Positions 60,991 through 64,000 of a stretch of DNA of 64,000 nucleotides are shown in pieces. Made by a program: the position numbers and the translations under genes. The notes below the pieces were generated by a model. That model was given only the letters and a program-made list of their open reading frames with translations, had not been told where the DNA came from and did no database searches. Positions within the stretch are counted from its first letter, which is position 1. Each line of letters opens with the position of its first letter. The stretch spans positions 45,588 through 109,587 of the forward strand of contig JAZLFF010000082.1 of the NCBI GenBank assembly GCA_045615645.1, given 5' to 3'. The DNA is from Treponema sp. GTDB taxonomy: Bacteria > Spirochaetota > Spirochaetia > Treponematales > Treponemataceae.

Positions 60991-62574
60991 TTAATTTTCC
61001 TTTCGACTGATTTTTCCGTTCACAGTTTTTGGAAGTTCGTCTACAAACTCAATAATTCGCGGAGCTTTATACAAAGCCGTTTGACTTTTGACAAAAGAAA
61101 TCAACTTTTCTTTTAATTCTGCACTCGCCGTAAAGCCATTTGCAAGAACAACAAAAGCTTTTACCACTTGTCCTCGCAGCGAATCAGCCACCCCTGCAAC
61201 CCGGCACTCTTCTACAGCTTCGTTCTGTAAAAGAACACTTTCAACTTCAAACGGACTGATTCTAAAACCAGCTGACTTTATTATGTCATCTTTTCGCCCA
61301 ATAAACCAGATGTAACCGTCACAATCGCGGCGAACAATATCTCCAGTATGGTAAAATCCGTCCAAAGTTTTTAATGCACAAACCTTTCCATTTTCATAAT
61401 AACCGGTAAATAATCCGATTGGATAATCGTGCACATCAATTACAAATTCTCCGCATTCATTAGCCGCACATTCACTGCCAGAATCCGTAATGATTTTACT
61501 ATTATAACACCAAGAAGGCTTTCCAATCGACCCCATACGCACCTGTGAATCACAAAAATTTGCAGCAAGCAGCGTAGTTTCAGTCTGTCCATAACCTTCG
61601 CGAACTTCTAATCCGGTTTTTTCATAAACTGATTTTGCAATTTCAACTGGCAACGGTTCTCCGGCCGAACAAATATTTTTAAGTGACGACAAATCATACT
61701 TAGAAAAATTAAGTTTTGCCAGATAACGGTAAATTGTAGGTGGTGCACAAAATGTAGTAATTTTATACTTTTCTATTTTTTGCAGGATTTTTTCCGGACT
61801 AAAGGATTTTCTGTCATAAACAAAAACAGCGCTTCCACAAATCCACTGTCCGTATATTTTACCCCAACTCGCTTTTCCCCAACCAAGTTCTGCCATAGTA
61901 TAGTGAAGTCCGCCGTCTACAACCTGCAGCCAGTATTTTGCTGTAACAATATGTGCAAGTGGATACAAGTAATTATGCACTACAAGTTTTGGTAAACCAG
62001 ATGTACCTGACGTAAAATACATTATCATTGGATCAAGGTTATTTGTAGTTGGAGGGATAAAATCCGTGGAATATTTTTCTATTTCCTGATTAAACGAAAC
62101 CCATTCTGAACGATTTTGAGCAACTGTAACAAAAGTTTTTACACTCGGAATTTGAGACCGGCATTTTTCAATTTCTTGCAACAGCTTTTCATTTTCGCTG
62201 GCAACAAGCATTTTTGCGCCACACAAATTTATGCGATATTCAAAATCTTTGTGTAAAAGTTGTTCTGCAACAGGAACTGCAATTGCTCCAATTCGGTGAA
62301 GTGCAAGTATGAAAAACCAGTATTCGTAACGACGGCGCAAAATCAGCATAACTTTGTCGCCTTTTTGAATGCCGTGAGCTTGTAAAAAGTTTGCAACCTG
62401 AAGTGAGCGTCTGGAAATGTCGGCAAATGTAAAACGGATTTCCTGTTCGTTATCGTTACACCAGACTAGCGCAAGTTTTTGAGGTTCTTCTGCAGCATAA
62501 CGGTCAACTATGTCGTATGCAAAGTTGAATGCGGGAGGAATATTTTGCAATGAAAACTCACGGGATAAATCCAT
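60991..62574 (-). CDS. AMP-binding acyl-CoA synthetase (medium-chain/acetyl-CoA synthetase-like)
   Basis: YFTSGTSGLPK, GYGQTE, YHTGD, GRKDD, PKTVNGKI. Confidence 0.9.
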   Translation of the reverse strand: MDLSREFSLQNIPPAFNFAYDIVDRYAAEEPQKLALVWCNDNEQEIRFTFADISRRSLQVANFLQAHGIQKGDKVMLILRRRYEYWFFILALHRIGAIAVPVAEQLLHKDFEYRINLCGAKMLVASENEKLLQEIEKCRSQIPSVKTFVTVAQNRSEWVSFNQEIEKYSTDFIPPTTNNLDPMIMYFTSGTSGLPKLVVHNYLYPLAHIVTAKYWLQVVDGGLHYTMAELGWGKASWGKIYGQWICGSAVFVYDRKSFSPEKILQKIEKYKITTFCAPPTIYRYLAKLNFSKYDLSSLKNICSAGEPLPVEIAKSVYEKTGLEVREGYGQTETTLLAANFCDSQVRMGSIGKPSWCYNSKIITDSGSECAANECGEFVIDVHDYPIGLFTGYYENGKVCALKTLDGFYHTGDIVRRDCDGYIWFIGRKDDIIKSAGFRISPFEVESVLLQNEAVEECRVAGVADSLRGQVVKAFVVLANGFTASAELKEKLISFVKSQTALYKAPRIIEFVDELPKTVNGKISRKEN

Positions 62575-62640
62575 AAGGATATTCTATATCAACTTATGTA
62601 AATAATAAACCTGTTGCAGGCATGCACGTAACTTCTCAGT

Positions 62641-63321
62641 TTAAAAATCCGGCACTTCTTTAAGCTTATCGTATTTTCCGTCGTAGGAATGTGAGTTTGG
62701 CCGAATGCCCAAAATACGTTCATTTTCGGCGGTAAGCTGGAGCTTTATCATTTCTTTAAAAACGTTCATAAGAGGTTCCGGATCCAGCGTTTTATCTACC
62801 ATGTTGGCCGACTGCATTTCTTTAATCAAATAATAACAACACTCAATTGTAGAAATATATTCAGGCTTTGGCTCCCGTTTAAATGTAAAAATTGAACGAT
62901 AATCACCGGAAAATGAAAAACGTGGAAGTTGAAGTAAAAACGGATTGTGGTCAATCATCTTTTTAGAACAAAACCAGGTAGCATCCAAGATAATTACCAA
63001 AAGTGTTTTACCTTTTAAAACATCAGAAAAACCTTCTTTGCCAGCTGTCCACGCATCTTGCCCCGGATACATCATTACCGGAAAATACTGTGGGTCGTTC
63101 AAAAGTTTTTGCAAACGTTCATTTTTCGCAAAATCTAATCCAACAATTATTTCGGAGTTTTTAAGTGTAATGTGTGCAAGATTTCCAGTTCCAGTACGTT
63201 GCCTTTTAAACTCTTTTGGATGCATTAAAAAAACAAATTTAATACCAGGGTCAATTTCGTGAGTATATTTGCACAAACAGGCAGATAGAGGTTTATAACA
63301 TTTGTAACAACGGTCGCTCAT
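62641..63321 (-). CDS. DTW-domain tRNA-uridine aminocarboxypropyltransferase (TapT/YfiP-like)
   Basis: N-terminal CxxC...CxC, HPKE, TG, LDATW, STIE. Confidence 0.87.
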   Translation of the reverse strand: MSDRCYKCYKPLSACLCKYTHEIDPGIKFVFLMHPKEFKRQRTGTGNLAHITLKNSEIIVGLDFAKNERLQKLLNDPQYFPVMMYPGQDAWTAGKEGFSDVLKGKTLLVIILDATWFCSKKMIDHNPFLLQLPRFSFSGDYRSIFTFKREPKPEYISTIECCYYLIKEMQSANMVDKTLDPEPLMNVFKEMIKLQLTAENERILGIRPNSHSYDGKYDKLKEVPDF

Positions 63322-63355
63322 AATATTGAGTCAATTATCCTTAGGTCATTAGATT

Positions 63356-64000
63356 TTAGGAAAGGGTAATCTTTTGAACTTCAGCCTGAGTGTTGGCATT
63401 GGTTAAAGTTAGTGTACCTTTTTCTTTATTTGTTGTTACATTGTACTGACCTTTGAAGCCCTCTACAACTGCAAATCCCTTTGAATCAGTTTGAACTTCA
63501 CCTTCCGAACTCCATTCTTCCTTAATTAAGTGTTTTAGCATACCAAACGCAGGTTTCTCAGTTCCATCTTTATGCAAAATTCCACTTGGCGCATTAAGCC
63601 ACATACCGTCGGTAAAATCCCAACCTGTAATAGCTTTTACCAGCGGATGGTTTTCGAAAATTGTTCTATACCATTCTTCAAGTTGATTTTTCTGCTGTTC
63701 TTCAAGTTCCGGAGTAGAAGCACCATCATCGTAATGCCAATCGTTTAAATCGGTTATTTCAGGCGGAACCTTTGGTCCTGAAACTATTGTATTTTCAGTA
63801 AAGTGGATTGGTAGTTTAAACTGTTCAAATCGTTCCAGAACTTCCTCAATTTTCTCTTTTCCCCAATAGCCTTGATGCTGATGAGATTGTAAACCAATTG
63901 CTGTAATTGGAACTCCGGCATCAAGACAACCTTCCAAAAGTTCCGCATACTTTGGAGACATATTAAAATCGTTTATAAGGAAAGTTCCATCCGGATTAAA
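63356..64000 (-). CDS. GH10 endo-1,4-beta-xylanase-like protein, C-terminal part (5' end outside window)
   Basis: Frame stays open to the window edge (FNPDGTFLINDFN); IGLQSH, LPIHFTE nucleophile, KPAF. Confidence 0.85.
   Translation of the reverse strand, partial: FNPDGTFLINDFNMSPKYAELLEGCLDAGVPITAIGLQSHQHQGYWGKEKIEEVLERFEQFKLPIHFTENTIVSGPKVPPEITDLNDWHYDDGASTPELEEQQKNQLEEWYRTIFENHPLVKAITGWDFTDGMWLNAPSGILHKDGTEKPAFGMLKHLIKEEWSSEGEVQTDSKGFAVVEGFKGQYNVTTNKEKGTLTLTNANTQAEVQKITLS

Noticed and set aside
209-63262. Numerous 60-200 aa ORFs antisense to or overlapping recognised genes (e.g. 209-820, 7842-8321, 58686-59213)
   Set aside because: They shadow well-supported genes and have no motifs or initiation signals
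1-64000. Prophage, integrase, transposase, known defence system, rRNA or tRNA genes, riboswitches
   Set aside because: No recognisable motifs were seen by eye; an Rfam, tRNAscan or DefenseFinder run would be needed to exclude divergent cases

Overview
AT-rich chromosomal window, most likely from a gut/rumen-type Treponema (spirochaete). Evidence: a TP0733-like OmpW barrel divergent from folD, spirochaete-style lipoboxes, lptC-lptA-lptB, rny, and Firmicutes-like carbohydrate genes. It contains xylan/hemicellulose genes (two GH43, a CE1-type esterase, GH3, a partial GH10), a XylFII-LytS-YesN-XylF-type sensor cluster and a ChvE/GguAB sugar ABC transporter. There is a polar amino-acid ABC transporter with tandem ARG boxes and a circularly permuted binding protein. 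Housekeeping genes are miaB, folE2, thyX, folD, rarA, ilvB, rex, serC, serA, cstA, clpS, clpA, rny and lptCAB. Two large acidic lipoprotein genes and one lipoprotein pseudogene are also present. No rRNA, tRNA, CRISPR array, transposase or prophage was recognised. The best candidate for an undescribed system is the four-gene operon at 32840-36438: two paralogous 2TM-RCK channel subunits with TVGYGD replaced by SAAYFD and FANYFE, a stand-alone cNMP-binding protein, and a rhomboid lacking its catalytic residues. Other notable patterns are several families of dispersed palindromic repeats (two inserted in-frame in rex and miaB) and many apparently leaderless genes. All calls come from motif recognition by eye; no database search was run.
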